A stretch of 64,000 bases of DNA, taken from the IMG/VR virus record IMGVR_UViG_3300028027_000047, positions 32,001 to 96,000 of that record, one strand, 5' to 3'. Position 1 is the stretch's first letter. The number at the start of each line of letters is the position of its first letter. Made by a program: the position numbers and the translations under genes. The stretch is from a virus. Shown here piece after piece: positions 20,159 to 30,015 of the stretch. The notes under the pieces were generated by a model. It did no database searches, had not been told where the DNA came from, and saw only the letters and a program-made list of their open reading frames with translations.

Positions 20159-20258
20159 AGCCGTGACATGCGATATCTGTAAGCGGGACATAGAAGTTCG
20201 TTGGGGCATATTTGCTAGCGATACACTTAGTAGACACAAGAAGGCGGAACACAAATGA
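20145..20258 (+). CDS. Small C2H2 zinc-finger protein (37 aa, not in track)
   Basis: MEKSRAVTCDICK...LSRHKKAEHK; ATGA overlap with the next gene. Confidence 0.6.
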   Translation: MEKSRAVTCDICKRDIEVRWGIFASDTLSRHKKAEHK

Positions 20259-20458
20259 CAACGAGAGTAAAAGTAGATCTTTCCTTTACTAGAAATCTTG
20301 GTAACTATGAAAGCATTAAGATTGGCGTAGGCATTGAAGATGATGTAAGGCAGGGAGAGACAGTAGAAGCTGCAACAGAAAGAGTATATACTTTTGTTGA
20401 GAACAAACTAATTCAAAAAACAGAAGAGGTCGAGGAAGAGCTAAAGCGTGGCAAATAG
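20255..20458 (+). CDS. Hypothetical protein
   Basis: Coupled ORF with TRNLGNYES motif. Confidence 0.7.
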   Translation: MTTRVKVDLSFTRNLGNYESIKIGVGIEDDVRQGETVEAATERVYTFVENKLIQKTEEVEEELKRGK

Positions 20459-20771
20459 TAAAGAGCCATATATCCTTCTCTCTCTCTATCAAAACCTTTA
20501 CAAAGAGAAGTATGGTAAGGCCCCATCAATAAACAAGTTCCGTGAAAAATGGGCTATGCAAGATGTGATTGATAGTGTAGGATTTGATCGTGCTAAAGAG
20601 TTGCTTGAATACTATTTCAATCTAACAAAGCACGGACATACTATCCAGTTTTTTTTATACAACTTTGACAAGATGGATACAGTCAGGACTGAGATTGAAA
20701 AGGATAAGGCAAAGCGTCGTTTGTTACTAGAGGAAACGAAGAAGATGGTAGAGCAAGGCGGACTAGAGTGA
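20448..20771 (+). CDS. Hypothetical protein upstream of the helicase (possible loader or initiator)
   Basis: Coupled ORF; function inferred from position only. Confidence 0.55.
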   Translation: MANSKEPYILLSLYQNLYKEKYGKAPSINKFREKWAMQDVIDSVGFDRAKELLEYYFNLTKHGHTIQFFLYNFDKMDTVRTEIEKDKAKRRLLLEETKKMVEQGGLE

Positions 20772-22030
20772 ATACAGAAGCAGAGTTAATCTCAGCGGTA
20801 TGCAAAAATAAAGATATTAGTACGCTACTTGCGGATAACGTAGACGATTTATTTACATCACATAAAGATATCTGGGATGGCCTAAAGTCATACTACTATA
20901 AGTTTAAAGCCGTACCAGAAGCTGGAATTCTTCAAGAAAAGTTTAAAGACTTTGAGCCAGTAGATGTTAAAGGCCAGACTGGATACTATCTAGACACGCT
21001 TAAGAATGAATTTATTTCAAACAAACTTAAGACTATTATTCTCCGTGCTGGATCATCACTTAAAGAAGATGCTGCCTCAAGAGTTCTTGAGAACATGCAG
21101 TCTCAATTAGCTGGCCTCAGCAGGTTCACAAACAATGTTCGAGATCTAGACATAACGGATGCAGATGCAGCAATTAGATATATGGAATTATTAAAGGTAC
21201 GCTCTGCCGAGATGGGCGGTTCTCCAGGCATCAAGACTGGTTTTGAGGCCATAGATTTAGCATACCCAACAGGTATGGCTCCAGGCCACCTTATCGTCGC
21301 TATTGGCTGGCCAGGACGTGGTAAGACATGGTTTACATCCTACCTTGCCTGTAAAGCGTGGGAGCAAGGGTTTAAGCCTATGATTGTATCCCTTGAAATG
21401 TCACCAGAGAATATGCGTGATCGTATTTATACAATGCTTGGCTCTGGACTATTTAAGGCTTCCGATTTTTCAAAGGGAGATATTAATATAGATGACTTCC
21501 GCTCATGGTCAACAAAGAAATTTGCTGATAAGAATAGCTTTATCCTTATTTCAAATGAGGGCAATACGGAAGTCACACCAGCAACTATTCAAGGAAAGAT
21601 TGATCAGCATAAGCCAGACTTAGTTATCCTTGATTATCATCAATTATTTAATGATAACAAGCGAAGCAATTCTGAAGTTGAAAGAAACCGAAATGTTTCT
21701 CGTGAATTTAAAATGCTAGCAGTATCTAACAATATTCCTATTATCGATATCACAGCAGCCACTGCAGATGATGTATCTGATCAGGACAATCCGCCGATGA
21801 TGTCTCAGGTTGCGTGGTCAAAAGCTATTGAGTACGATGCCGATATGGCTATGGCCGTACACAGATATCCAGGGACTAACATGATTGAGATTGTGTCACG
21901 CAAGAATCGACATGGACATGAATTTGGTTTATACTTAGATTGGGATATCAACAGGGGTATCGTCAAAGAGATTTATGAGAATCCGTTCCAAAATAATGAA
22001 TCACAAACCGATAAAAAGATTCCAGGTTAG
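20768..22030 (+). CDS. dnaB: Replicative DNA helicase
   Basis: Walker A GWPGRGKT, SLEM, Walker B LVILDYHQL, IEYDAD and KNRHG. Confidence 0.92.
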   Translation: MNTEAELISAVCKNKDISTLLADNVDDLFTSHKDIWDGLKSYYYKFKAVPEAGILQEKFKDFEPVDVKGQTGYYLDTLKNEFISNKLKTIILRAGSSLKEDAASRVLENMQSQLAGLSRFTNNVRDLDITDADAAIRYMELLKVRSAEMGGSPGIKTGFEAIDLAYPTGMAPGHLIVAIGWPGRGKTWFTSYLACKAWEQGFKPMIVSLEMSPENMRDRIYTMLGSGLFKASDFSKGDINIDDFRSWSTKKFADKNSFILISNEGNTEVTPATIQGKIDQHKPDLVILDYHQLFNDNKRSNSEVERNRNVSREFKMLAVSNNIPIIDITAATADDVSDQDNPPMMSQVAWSKAIEYDADMAMAVHRYPGTNMIEIVSRKNRHGHEFGLYLDWDINRGIVKEIYENPFQNNESQTDKKIPG

Positions 22031-22286
22031 AGTTGAATTTTTAGATGACTCTGATATGGTTCGCATTAAGTATCAATATGAAAGCATGCTTACGCACCAA
22101 ATGAGAGACAAAGGGTATCTTAGGGTACTTGACATAGACACTAACTTTTCGGTAGAATTTGATGGCACAACATGGATGTTCTTAATGACACTCTATGGCA
22201 CTTATGTAGGAAAGAAGACGGCATGGCGGCACGAAGCAATTACGCAAGGAAAGCTGATACCACGCAATACTCTAAGCAGCATATAA
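21996..22286 (+). CDS. Hypothetical protein
   Basis: ORF overlapping the dnaB end and the primase start. Confidence 0.6.
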   Translation: MNHKPIKRFQVRVEFLDDSDMVRIKYQYESMLTHQMRDKGYLRVLDIDTNFSVEFDGTTWMFLMTLYGTYVGKKTAWRHEAITQGKLIPRNTLSSI

Positions 22287-23227
22287 AGGCGATTGTAAAA
22301 AGCCTTGGCTTACAGGTAGCGGGTGAAACAGATATAGAGATCTCTTTCTACTGCCCATTTCATTCCAATAGACATAGTGCTAGCTGCAGCATAAGTAAAA
22401 CAACTGGTGCATGGCTATGCTTTAATCCATCCTGTGGTGAAACTGGATCGCTGATAGAGATAGTTAAAAGAGTTTTGCATAAGAATGATTTTGAAGCTAT
22501 GAGATACGTATATTCAAAAGAGGCAGAGACACTAGAAAACTTTGATGATCTTCTAAACGATATGTTAGAAGACAAGCCAGACTTTGTAGAGTTCCCAGAA
22601 GAGATACTAAAGAATTTATATAACGACCTGATTGCCAGTCCAGAGGCACAAAATTATTTTAAGTCTAGGGGCATTGATATGTCTTCGATAGCGCACTTTT
22701 CTTTAGGCTATTCCCCAAAGCAAGACATGGTTACTGTTCCAGTACACAGCCCAGACGGCCTTGCAGTTGGTATTGTTGGCAGATCAATATCAGAAAAGAA
22801 ATTTAAGAACAGTACTAATTTACCAAGAAGTAAAACTATGTTTAACATTCACCGTGCTAAAAAAATAGGTGACAATGTTATTATTGTAGAGTCTAGCTTT
22901 GATGCAATCCGTGTGCATCAGGCTGGATTCCCCAATGTTATTGCAACACTTGGTGGCCATATATCCACAGAAAACTTGGCATTAATAAATAGATATTTTA
23001 ATAAGGTTACTCTAATGACTGATGCGGACCACGCTGGGCGTGAGCTTGCCAATAGCATAGTCTCTAGATTAAACAATAAAGACCTCTTGTGGGCTTCGTA
23101 TGAATATGGTAAGATATATCCACATGATGCAAAAGATGCTGGCGATATGACCGAAGAGGAAATTAAAGCCTGTATTAAAAACGCAGTTTCCAATATTGAA
23201 TATCAATCTTGGACCCATCAAAAATAA
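22223..23227 (+). CDS. dnaG: DNA primase
   Basis: CHC2 zinc finger CPFH...CFNPSC; TOPRIM VESSFD...DADHAG; KDAGD. Probable start ATG 22223. Confidence 0.9.
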   Translation: MAARSNYARKADTTQYSKQHIKAIVKSLGLQVAGETDIEISFYCPFHSNRHSASCSISKTTGAWLCFNPSCGETGSLIEIVKRVLHKNDFEAMRYVYSKEAETLENFDDLLNDMLEDKPDFVEFPEEILKNLYNDLIASPEAQNYFKSRGIDMSSIAHFSLGYSPKQDMVTVPVHSPDGLAVGIVGRSISEKKFKNSTNLPRSKTMFNIHRAKKIGDNVIIVESSFDAIRVHQAGFPNVIATLGGHISTENLALINRYFNKVTLMTDADHAGRELANSIVSRLNNKDLLWASYEYGKIYPHDAKDAGDMTEEEIKACIKNAVSNIEYQSWTHQK

Positions 23228-23269
23228 TAAACAGATGGATTTATACCATCAACTACAAAGGAGAAATAT

Positions 23270-23941
23270 ATGGGAATAGTAAAAGGTCTAAAAGATCTTA
23301 ATAAAGTTATGGACAAACCACAATCAAGTGGTGGCGAAGGCACAAAGGGTCGCTGGGTAAAGTTAGAGGATGCAGAAAGCGTAAAGATTCGCTTCTTGCA
23401 GGAACTAGATCCAGACTCACCAACATACAACGAAAAGGCTGGTCTAGGATTTATTGCTGTAGAGCACACAAATCCAAAAGATTATCGCCGTAAGGGTCTT
23501 TGCACAATGGAAGACCAAGGCAAGTGCTACGGATGTGAGCAACACCGTAAAGATTACAAGGCGGGATGGAAGGGTCGTTCACGACTTTACATTAATGTTC
23601 TTGTTGACGATGGCAAGGAAGATCCATACGTGGCTATTCTTTCTCAGGGATCAAGTGGTAAAACAATTACCCCAACACTAATTGAATATGCTGGCGAAAT
23701 GGGAAGCATCACTAATCTGATGTGGCGTGTTAAGCGTTCTGGAACAAAGACAGATACAAGTTACACAATCATTCCTTTAGCAAAAGATGAGGCTGCTTTT
23801 GATGCTTCATCACTAGAACTGTTTGAGCTTGAAACAGCAGCAGTTCGTGACATGCCTTATACAGAACAAGAAGCTTTCTTTGCTGGCGAAAGTACTCATG
23901 CAGATGAGCCTTCAGCAACTAGCAGCAACTTAGACTGGTAA
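23270..23941 (+). CDS. Single-stranded DNA-binding protein (gp32-like)
   Basis: KIRFL motif, Zn ligands H...C...CYGC, GTKTDTSY, acidic tail ending in W. Strong SD; located between primase and polymerase. Confidence 0.7.
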   Translation: MGIVKGLKDLNKVMDKPQSSGGEGTKGRWVKLEDAESVKIRFLQELDPDSPTYNEKAGLGFIAVEHTNPKDYRRKGLCTMEDQGKCYGCEQHRKDYKAGWKGRSRLYINVLVDDGKEDPYVAILSQGSSGKTITPTLIEYAGEMGSITNLMWRVKRSGTKTDTSYTIIPLAKDEAAFDASSLELFELETAAVRDMPYTEQEAFFAGESTHADEPSATSSNLDW

Positions 23942-23952
23942 AAAATTAAATA

Positions 23953-23987
23953 GCGGGGGCAGTCTATTGACTGCCCCTGTATTATTT
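23953..23987 (+). terminator. Intrinsic terminator after ssb
   Basis: ggggcagtc-tatt-gactgcccc with a T-rich tail. Confidence 0.7.
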
Positions 23988-23995
23988 AGTAGAAT
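23967..23995 (+). promoter_or_regulatory. Promoter with leaderless start at 24002
   Basis: TTGACT-N17-TAGAAT-N6-ATG. Confidence 0.75.
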
Positions 23996-24001
23996 GACAA
24001 C

Positions 24002-24208
24002 ATGATCTCATACGAAATACCAGATCCTTTTGATACTTTTGTGGCGCACAAGTATAAAGACTATAAGGGAATGCTCTATGACTTCTTTGCAAAAGAATGG
24101 CATTTAAAGGCAGCTTGTTGTGGCGAAGATTTATATGCACCAAATAAAAAAACAATGACAAAGATTAGACTTTATCATACTAGAAACGAATGCATGGGCG
24201 GATATTAA
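24002..24208 (+). CDS. Hypothetical protein
   Basis: Leaderless ORF, TAATG-coupled to dnaE. Confidence 0.65.
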   Translation: MISYEIPDPFDTFVAHKYKDYKGMLYDFFAKEWHLKAACCGEDLYAPNKKTMTKIRLYHTRNECMGGY

Positions 24209-27200
24209 TGAGTTTTACACACCTACATGTTCATTCATACTATTCATTAATGGATGGACTAAATTCACCTAAAGAATTATGCCAAGCAGCGTTAGATGCT
24301 GGGCAAACTGCGATTGCAATTACAGACCATGGTACTCTCTCGTCACACAGAGATATGCAAATTGCCGCAAAGGAAACTGGCATTAAGCCAATTCTTGGTG
24401 TTGAGGCGTACATTTCTCCAACCGATAGGTTTGACAGATCATCTAAAACAGATAAGTCTATTCAGGCCTACAACCATATTATTTTGCTAGCGAAAAATAA
24501 AAAGGGGCTGGAGAACATAAACATTCTGCAAGAGCTTGCTTGGAACGAAGGCTTTTATCATAAGCCACGCATTGATAGAGAGGTTTTAAATGAGTACAAA
24601 GAAGGCATTATCGTTCTTTCTGGATGTCTTAATGGTCTTATTTCGAAGTGCATTGAAAAGGGTGAGTTCGAAGAAGCAAGGTCTATCTTACAAAATTTTA
24701 AGAAAAATTTTGCTGAGGATTTCTATATTGAAGTGCAGTCTCACAATCCCGAAGAAATAAATTCAAAGCTTCTTGAATTAGCCGATGAACTTAAAATTAA
24801 GGCGGTGGCAACAGGAGATGCCCATTTTGCTAAAGAAGAAGACAGAATTCTAGAAGAAGCATTACTCATTCTATCAACATCTCCAAAGGCTGATAAAGAT
24901 ATGGACTTTGATATCTCCAGAAATATGAAGGATATGTTAGATAGATTTAACTATCTTTATCCTGACCGTAGAATCTCATTCCAGGATATGAATTTGTTTA
25001 TTCAAAGCCGTTCCGAGATAGAGGCAGACTTTAATAAAGCTGGGATTAATCGAACAGACATCTATGAAAATACAATGGAAATTGCAGATAAGGTTGGAGA
25101 CTATGACTTCTACCAGGGCCTGGACCTACTGCCAGTCCCGAAGACTGATGCCGATGAAAGACTAAGGGAGTTGGCTGAAAAGGGCTTACAGAGGCTTCAG
25201 AAGGCTTCAGACCCTATTTATATGGACAGGCTTAACGAAGAGCTTGGGATTATTGCCAAGAAAAATTTTGCTTCGTATTTCCTTGTTGTTGGAGATATGA
25301 TTAATTGGGCTAAAGAAAATAATATTATGGTTGGGCCTGGGCGTGGTTCTGCCGCTGGATCTTTAGTTTGTTATACATTAGGAATTACTGATGTGGATCC
25401 AATTAAGTACGACCTACTGTTCTTTAGATTTATTAATGAAGAGCGTAATGACTTTCCAGATATTGATACTGACTTTGAAGACCGCAGAAGAAAAGAAGTT
25501 AAAGATTATTTAAAGAAAAGGTTCAAGCACGTTGCTTCTATTTCTACATACACTTATTTTAAAGATAAGGGTGTTGTTAGAGATGCTGCTCGTGTATTTA
25601 TGGTTCCTCTTCAAGAAGTTAATCGTGCACTAAAATCTGTAGATACATTTGAAGACTTTATAGATTCTCCAAATACAAAAGAATTTAGAATGCGCTACCC
25701 AGAAGTTGTTTGGCTTGCCGATAGACTTCGTGGAAGAATCAGATCAGTAGGCGTACACGCTGCTGGTGTTGTTGTTGCAAAAGATGATTTAAGAAAGTTT
25801 GCGCCAGTTGAATCTCGTGAAGACTCTCAAGATAAAGTATCGGGAAGAATTCCAGTCGTCGCATACGACATGGATACGGTTGCAGATATAGGTCTTATTA
25901 AGCTAGATGCACTAGGTCTTAAGACTTTGTCTGTGATCTCTGATACATTGAAGTCGATTAAAGATAGGCACGGCAAGACAATTAATCTTTCCGAAATGAC
26001 TATGGATGACGCCAATGTTTACAAGATGTTGAACGATGGGTATACAAAGGGTGTATTCCAAGCAGAAGCAACTCCTTACACAAACCTTTTGATTAAGATG
26101 GGTATAGATAAGTTTGAAGATCTTGCTGCTTCTAATGCACTTGTGCGCCCTGGCGCAATGAATACAGTGGGTGCAGCCTACATTAGTCGCAAGAATGGCA
26201 ACGAAGCTGTGGACTACATGCACACAATCATGAAGCCTTTTACCGAGAATACATATGGTGTTATTATATATCAAGAGCAAGTTATGCAGGCATGCGTACA
26301 CTTGGGCGGTATGACTTGGGCAGAGGCTGATAAGGTCCGCAAGATTATTGGAAAGAAAAAGGATGCAAAAGAGTTTGACCAGTTCAAAGATAAGTTTATT
26401 GCTGGGGCTTCAGAACACATTACTAAGAAAAAAGCCGAAGCGCTATGGCATGATTTTGAAGCGCATGCTGGTTATTCTTTTAACCGTTCCCATGCTGTTG
26501 CTTACTCTATGCTTAGTTATTATACTGCTTGGCTTAAGTTTTATTATCCGCTTGAGTTCATGTTTTCAATTCTTAAAAATGAAAATGATAAAGACGCAAG
26601 AACAGAATATTTAATTGAGTCAAAAAGACTTGGGCTAAAAGTACTGCTACCTCATATCAATGAGTCCCAGGTTTATTTTTCTTTACAAGATAATGCAATT
26701 AGATTTGGATTGGCTGAAGTAAAGTTTATTTCAGACAGTATTGCAAACAAGATAATAGAAAGAAGACCGTTCAGTGACTATGCTGACTTTATTGATAAGG
26801 CATCGAAAAAGGGTTCTGGCATTAATAGCCGTGCTATTGCTGCTCTTAACTCCATCGGCGGTGCTGCGTTTACTGATAACAAAAGGCAAGGAAATGAAAA
26901 AGACAATTACTATGAATACTTAGGTATTCCAACATTTAATCTTGAAGGAATTCCTCCAAGGATTAAAGCTCAGGCAAGACCAATTGAAGAGTTTGACGAT
27001 CTTGGTTCATTTGTAATGTTTGGAATGGCTAAGTCCATCAAGCGTGGAAATGGGTGGGCTAGAGTTGAGCTAGTTGATGAGACTGGTTCTGTTGGTTTAT
27101 TCCATACTGAGCAAACACAAATTGAAACAGGACAGATGTATTTTATTCTAGTTGGAGACAACAGAATAGCTAGGTATATAAAGGTGTCCGATATAAGCCC

Positions 27201-27477
27201 AGACTCTAGTGACCTATTTGTTGATTATCTGTACAGAAAAAAGTATGATCTTGAAGAAGACGAGTACATTGTGGTAAACTTTACACCTTACACAACCAAG
27301 GCTGGGAAGCAAATGAGCCACATCGTCTTATCGGACAGAGACAAAAAGTTAACAAGAGCTATTGCTTTCCCAGCAATGTATAAAATGACTTTAGCAAAAA
27401 TGCGAGAAGGAATGAAATGTAAAGTGACGTTAGCTAAACTAGATGACGGGACATTAAATATCAAGGAGATAAAATGA
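24208..27477 (+). CDS. dnaE: DNA polymerase III alpha subunit
   Basis: PHP domain HLHVHSYYSLMDG and AITDHG; GPGRGSAAGS; PDIDTDF; YSFNRSHAVAY. No intein apparent. Confidence 0.95.
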   Translation: MSFTHLHVHSYYSLMDGLNSPKELCQAALDAGQTAIAITDHGTLSSHRDMQIAAKETGIKPILGVEAYISPTDRFDRSSKTDKSIQAYNHIILLAKNKKGLENINILQELAWNEGFYHKPRIDREVLNEYKEGIIVLSGCLNGLISKCIEKGEFEEARSILQNFKKNFAEDFYIEVQSHNPEEINSKLLELADELKIKAVATGDAHFAKEEDRILEEALLILSTSPKADKDMDFDISRNMKDMLDRFNYLYPDRRISFQDMNLFIQSRSEIEADFNKAGINRTDIYENTMEIADKVGDYDFYQGLDLLPVPKTDADERLRELAEKGLQRLQKASDPIYMDRLNEELGIIAKKNFASYFLVVGDMINWAKENNIMVGPGRGSAAGSLVCYTLGITDVDPIKYDLLFFRFINEERNDFPDIDTDFEDRRRKEVKDYLKKRFKHVASISTYTYFKDKGVVRDAARVFMVPLQEVNRALKSVDTFEDFIDSPNTKEFRMRYPEVVWLADRLRGRIRSVGVHAAGVVVAKDDLRKFAPVESREDSQDKVSGRIPVVAYDMDTVADIGLIKLDALGLKTLSVISDTLKSIKDRHGKTINLSEMTMDDANVYKMLNDGYTKGVFQAEATPYTNLLIKMGIDKFEDLAASNALVRPGAMNTVGAAYISRKNGNEAVDYMHTIMKPFTENTYGVIIYQEQVMQACVHLGGMTWAEADKVRKIIGKKKDAKEFDQFKDKFIAGASEHITKKKAEALWHDFEAHAGYSFNRSHAVAYSMLSYYTAWLKFYYPLEFMFSILKNENDKDARTEYLIESKRLGLKVLLPHINESQVYFSLQDNAIRFGLAEVKFISDSIANKIIERRPFSDYADFIDKASKKGSGINSRAIAALNSIGGAAFTDNKRQGNEKDNYYEYLGIPTFNLEGIPPRIKAQARPIEEFDDLGSFVMFGMAKSIKRGNGWARVELVDETGSVGLFHTEQTQIETGQMYFILVGDNRIARYIKVSDISPDSSDLFVDYLYRKKYDLEEDEYIVVNFTPYTTKAGKQMSHIVLSDRDKKLTRAIAFPAMYKMTLAKMREGMKCKVTLAKLDDGTLNIKEIK

Positions 27478-27725
27478 CAGAAGACATTAAAGTAAGTACA
27501 GCAGAAGATGTATTTGGCGCACTTAGTGTACCAAAGATTTTGATTGCTGCCCTAGAAACACTTGGCACAATCACTGTGTCAACAGACTTATTTATGAATG
27601 CAGCAACGGATGACCAAGAGCTTAAAGTTGATTATAATTCAGATGATCAAACATTTACATTTACACTAAAAGGAAAAGATGAATCAGGGACAGATAACGA
27701 CCAGCTCATTACAGACTTCGAGTAA
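27474..27725 (+). CDS. Hypothetical acidic protein
   Basis: SD AAGGAG, ATGA overlap. Confidence 0.7.
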   Translation: MTEDIKVSTAEDVFGALSVPKILIAALETLGTITVSTDLFMNAATDDQELKVDYNSDDQTFTFTLKGKDESGTDNDQLITDFE

Positions 27726-28068
27726 AGATCTAGAGCTTGTGACTGATTATGGACTAGACGTCCTGTCAGCATTATTGCATGAGACGGCAATTGAAAAAGG
27801 TTTTTGGGATAAGCCAAAAAACTTTGATGTGCTTGGAAATAAGTTGGCTTTAATACACTCGGAAGTAACTGAAGTTCTTGAAGCTATTAGAAAGAATAAA
27901 GGCTCGGAAGAAATTGTAGAAGAGATGGTCGACATCTTAATTAGAACTCTTGACCTATATGCATCAATGCGTAACGGTGGATTTGTAGAACATAGTTTAG
28001 ATGAAGTTTTATTTAAAAAAATGGAAATTAATAAAGAAAGACCAAGGCTTCACGGCAATTTATTTTAA
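27679..28068 (+). CDS. MazG-like nucleotide pyrophosphohydrolase
   Basis: LIHSEVTEVLEA...EEMVDILIR...KMEINKERP. Confidence 0.8.
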   Translation: MNQGQITTSSLQTSSKDLELVTDYGLDVLSALLHETAIEKGFWDKPKNFDVLGNKLALIHSEVTEVLEAIRKNKGSEEIVEEMVDILIRTLDLYASMRNGGFVEHSLDEVLFKKMEINKERPRLHGNLF

Positions 28069-28098
28069 TGATATAATTGTATAAAAGAAAGAGAATAA

Positions 28099-29103
28099 AT
28101 GACTATAGCGATAGACGATATCCTAGCGGCACTAGATCCAAAAACAAGAGCAAGAGTTAAAGCAGCACAAGATGTAAAAGTAGAAAAGCAAAAGACACCA
28201 AGCATTGGCCTAAACATGGCATTAAAGGGAGGTCTTGGCTACGGAAGACAGGTTCTTGTTTGGGGAAATAAATCCGCAGGAAAGTCTTCATTCTGTTTAC
28301 AGATGATTGCGCTTGCTCAAAAAGAAGGCAAGACTTGTGCATGGATTGACGCCGAAGCATCATACGATCAGGCTTGGGCTGAGATGCTTGGGGTAGATTC
28401 CTCTTCCCTTATCTATTCACCAGCTAAAACAGTTAATGATATGGTTGATGTTGCTACAAAGCTAATGGATGCTGGTGTTGATATTATTGTAGTAGATTCT
28501 ATATCTGCCCTACTGCCAGCCATTTATTTTGAAAAAGATGGTAATGAAATGAAAGATTTGCAAGACACAAAGCAAATCGGCGCTGAAGCAAAGGATATGA
28601 CTCACGCAGTCAAGATGTTAAACTATGCAAACAAGAACACACTATTGGTACTCATCTCACAACAAAGAAATCAGTTTGGATCTATGCATGCCTCCCACAT
28701 ACCGACAGGAGGAATGGCAGTCAAGTTCTTCTCTTCCACCGTCATTAAGCTTTGGTCTTCTGAGGCTGAAGCTAATGCTATCAAAGCAGGCGTTAAGGTT
28801 GGTGACAAGATTATTGAACAAAGAGTTGGCAGACCAGTCAATTGGATTATTGATTACAACAAGCTCGGCCCCCCTAACTTATCTGGACAATACGATTTCT
28901 ACTACCAAGGAGAATCTCTAGGAGTTGATCTTGTTGGAGAGACTCTGGATGTCGCAGAAATGGTTGGCGCTATAGAAAAGGGCGGCGCTTGGTACACTAT
29001 AAATGGAGAAAGATTACAGGGTCGTGCAAAAGCTGTCACATACTTAAAAGATAATCCAAAGGTTGTTGATCAGCTAATTAAGGACATTGATGCCAAATCT
29101 TAA
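28099..29103 (+). CDS. recA: RecA-like recombinase
   Basis: GNKSAGKS, WIDAE, IVVDSISAL, TGGMAVKF and KGGAWY. Confidence 0.92.
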   Translation: MTIAIDDILAALDPKTRARVKAAQDVKVEKQKTPSIGLNMALKGGLGYGRQVLVWGNKSAGKSSFCLQMIALAQKEGKTCAWIDAEASYDQAWAEMLGVDSSSLIYSPAKTVNDMVDVATKLMDAGVDIIVVDSISALLPAIYFEKDGNEMKDLQDTKQIGAEAKDMTHAVKMLNYANKNTLLVLISQQRNQFGSMHASHIPTGGMAVKFFSSTVIKLWSSEAEANAIKAGVKVGDKIIEQRVGRPVNWIIDYNKLGPPNLSGQYDFYYQGESLGVDLVGETLDVAEMVGAIEKGGAWYTINGERLQGRAKAVTYLKDNPKVVDQLIKDIDAKS

Positions 29104-29287
29104 TGAATTTTTAAAAAATATTAATGTTGAAGAAAATATTCTTGATGAAAATATTCAAATAATAAAACAGATGAGGCCTTGCTCAAAGTGTGATTTATAT
29201 GTTGAGTCATATGAATTCAACACAAATTCCATGGAGATGTACTGGAAATGTAAGGATGGGCATGAGACAAGGTATAGTGTTGGCTGA
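29087..29287 (+). CDS. Small zinc-binding protein
   Basis: CSKC...CKDGH. Confidence 0.6.
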   Translation: MMPNLNEFLKNINVEENILDENIQIIKQMRPCSKCDLYVESYEFNTNSMEMYWKCKDGHETRYSVG

Positions 29288-29589
29288 TGTCAGAAAGATC
29301 AGAAGTCAAAAGGGATGGGGCTAAGGCTCAAAAAAACAGTGGGCGTGGAGATTATCAAAAGGGCGACGCTCAATGGAAACAGTTCCTTGTTGATTATAAA
29401 GAAGCAGGATCATCATTCACTTTAAATAAAGACATCTGGGCAAAGATATGCACAGATACATTTAAAGTAAATAGAGATATGTACCCAGCGTTAAAAATTA
29501 TTATAGGTAAAGACTCCAAGGTTCGACTTGGAATTATCGAGTGGGCAGTTCTTGAAGAGCTGATTCAGTTTTGGGAGAACAACCAGTGA
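29287..29589 (+). CDS. Small PD-(D/E)XK nuclease / resolvase-like protein
   Basis: E...NSG...KGD...VDYK. Confidence 0.6.
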   Translation: MSERSEVKRDGAKAQKNSGRGDYQKGDAQWKQFLVDYKEAGSSFTLNKDIWAKICTDTFKVNRDMYPALKIIIGKDSKVRLGIIEWAVLEELIQFWENNQ

Positions 29590-29690
29590 CTATGTTTTTA
29601 TTTGGATTAATGGTAGGATTTATTATTGGGTATCCAGTCGGACTATTCATTGACAAGTGGGATAAGAGGATTAAAAATGGCGGAAGATAA
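29586..29690 (+). CDS. Small membrane protein (34 aa, not in track)
   Basis: MTMFLFGLMVGFIIGYPVGLFIDKW; GTGA overlap. Confidence 0.55.
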   Translation: MTMFLFGLMVGFIIGYPVGLFIDKWDKRIKNGGR

Positions 29691-30015
29691 GAACACACTT
29701 CAATTAATTAGTGATATAACAGAGTTCAATGATCTGCACGAATATATGCAAGATGAGCACCTAGACAAAGCATTGGCTATTGTTGTAAAGCTATTGATGA
29801 CACCAGATGTTCCATCAGCAAAAGCCCCTATCCTTATTATGGAACTTCAAGCAATGTCCACCAAGTTTGCCGTAATGTCTTCTGTGTATTCAACCATTGC
29901 TAAGGATAAAGCGGGAACAGTAAATAACAATAAAAAGAACGTTTATTATTCAGTAAAGGAGTCCATAGACAAACTTGTAGATGCACTCAAGTATGTCGTT
30001 AGGTACAACTCATAA
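29677..30015 (+). CDS. Hypothetical helical protein
   Basis: SD GAGGA before ATG 29677. Confidence 0.65.
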   Translation: MAEDKNTLQLISDITEFNDLHEYMQDEHLDKALAIVVKLLMTPDVPSAKAPILIMELQAMSTKFAVMSSVYSTIAKDKAGTVNNNKKNVYYSVKESIDKLVDALKYVVRYNS

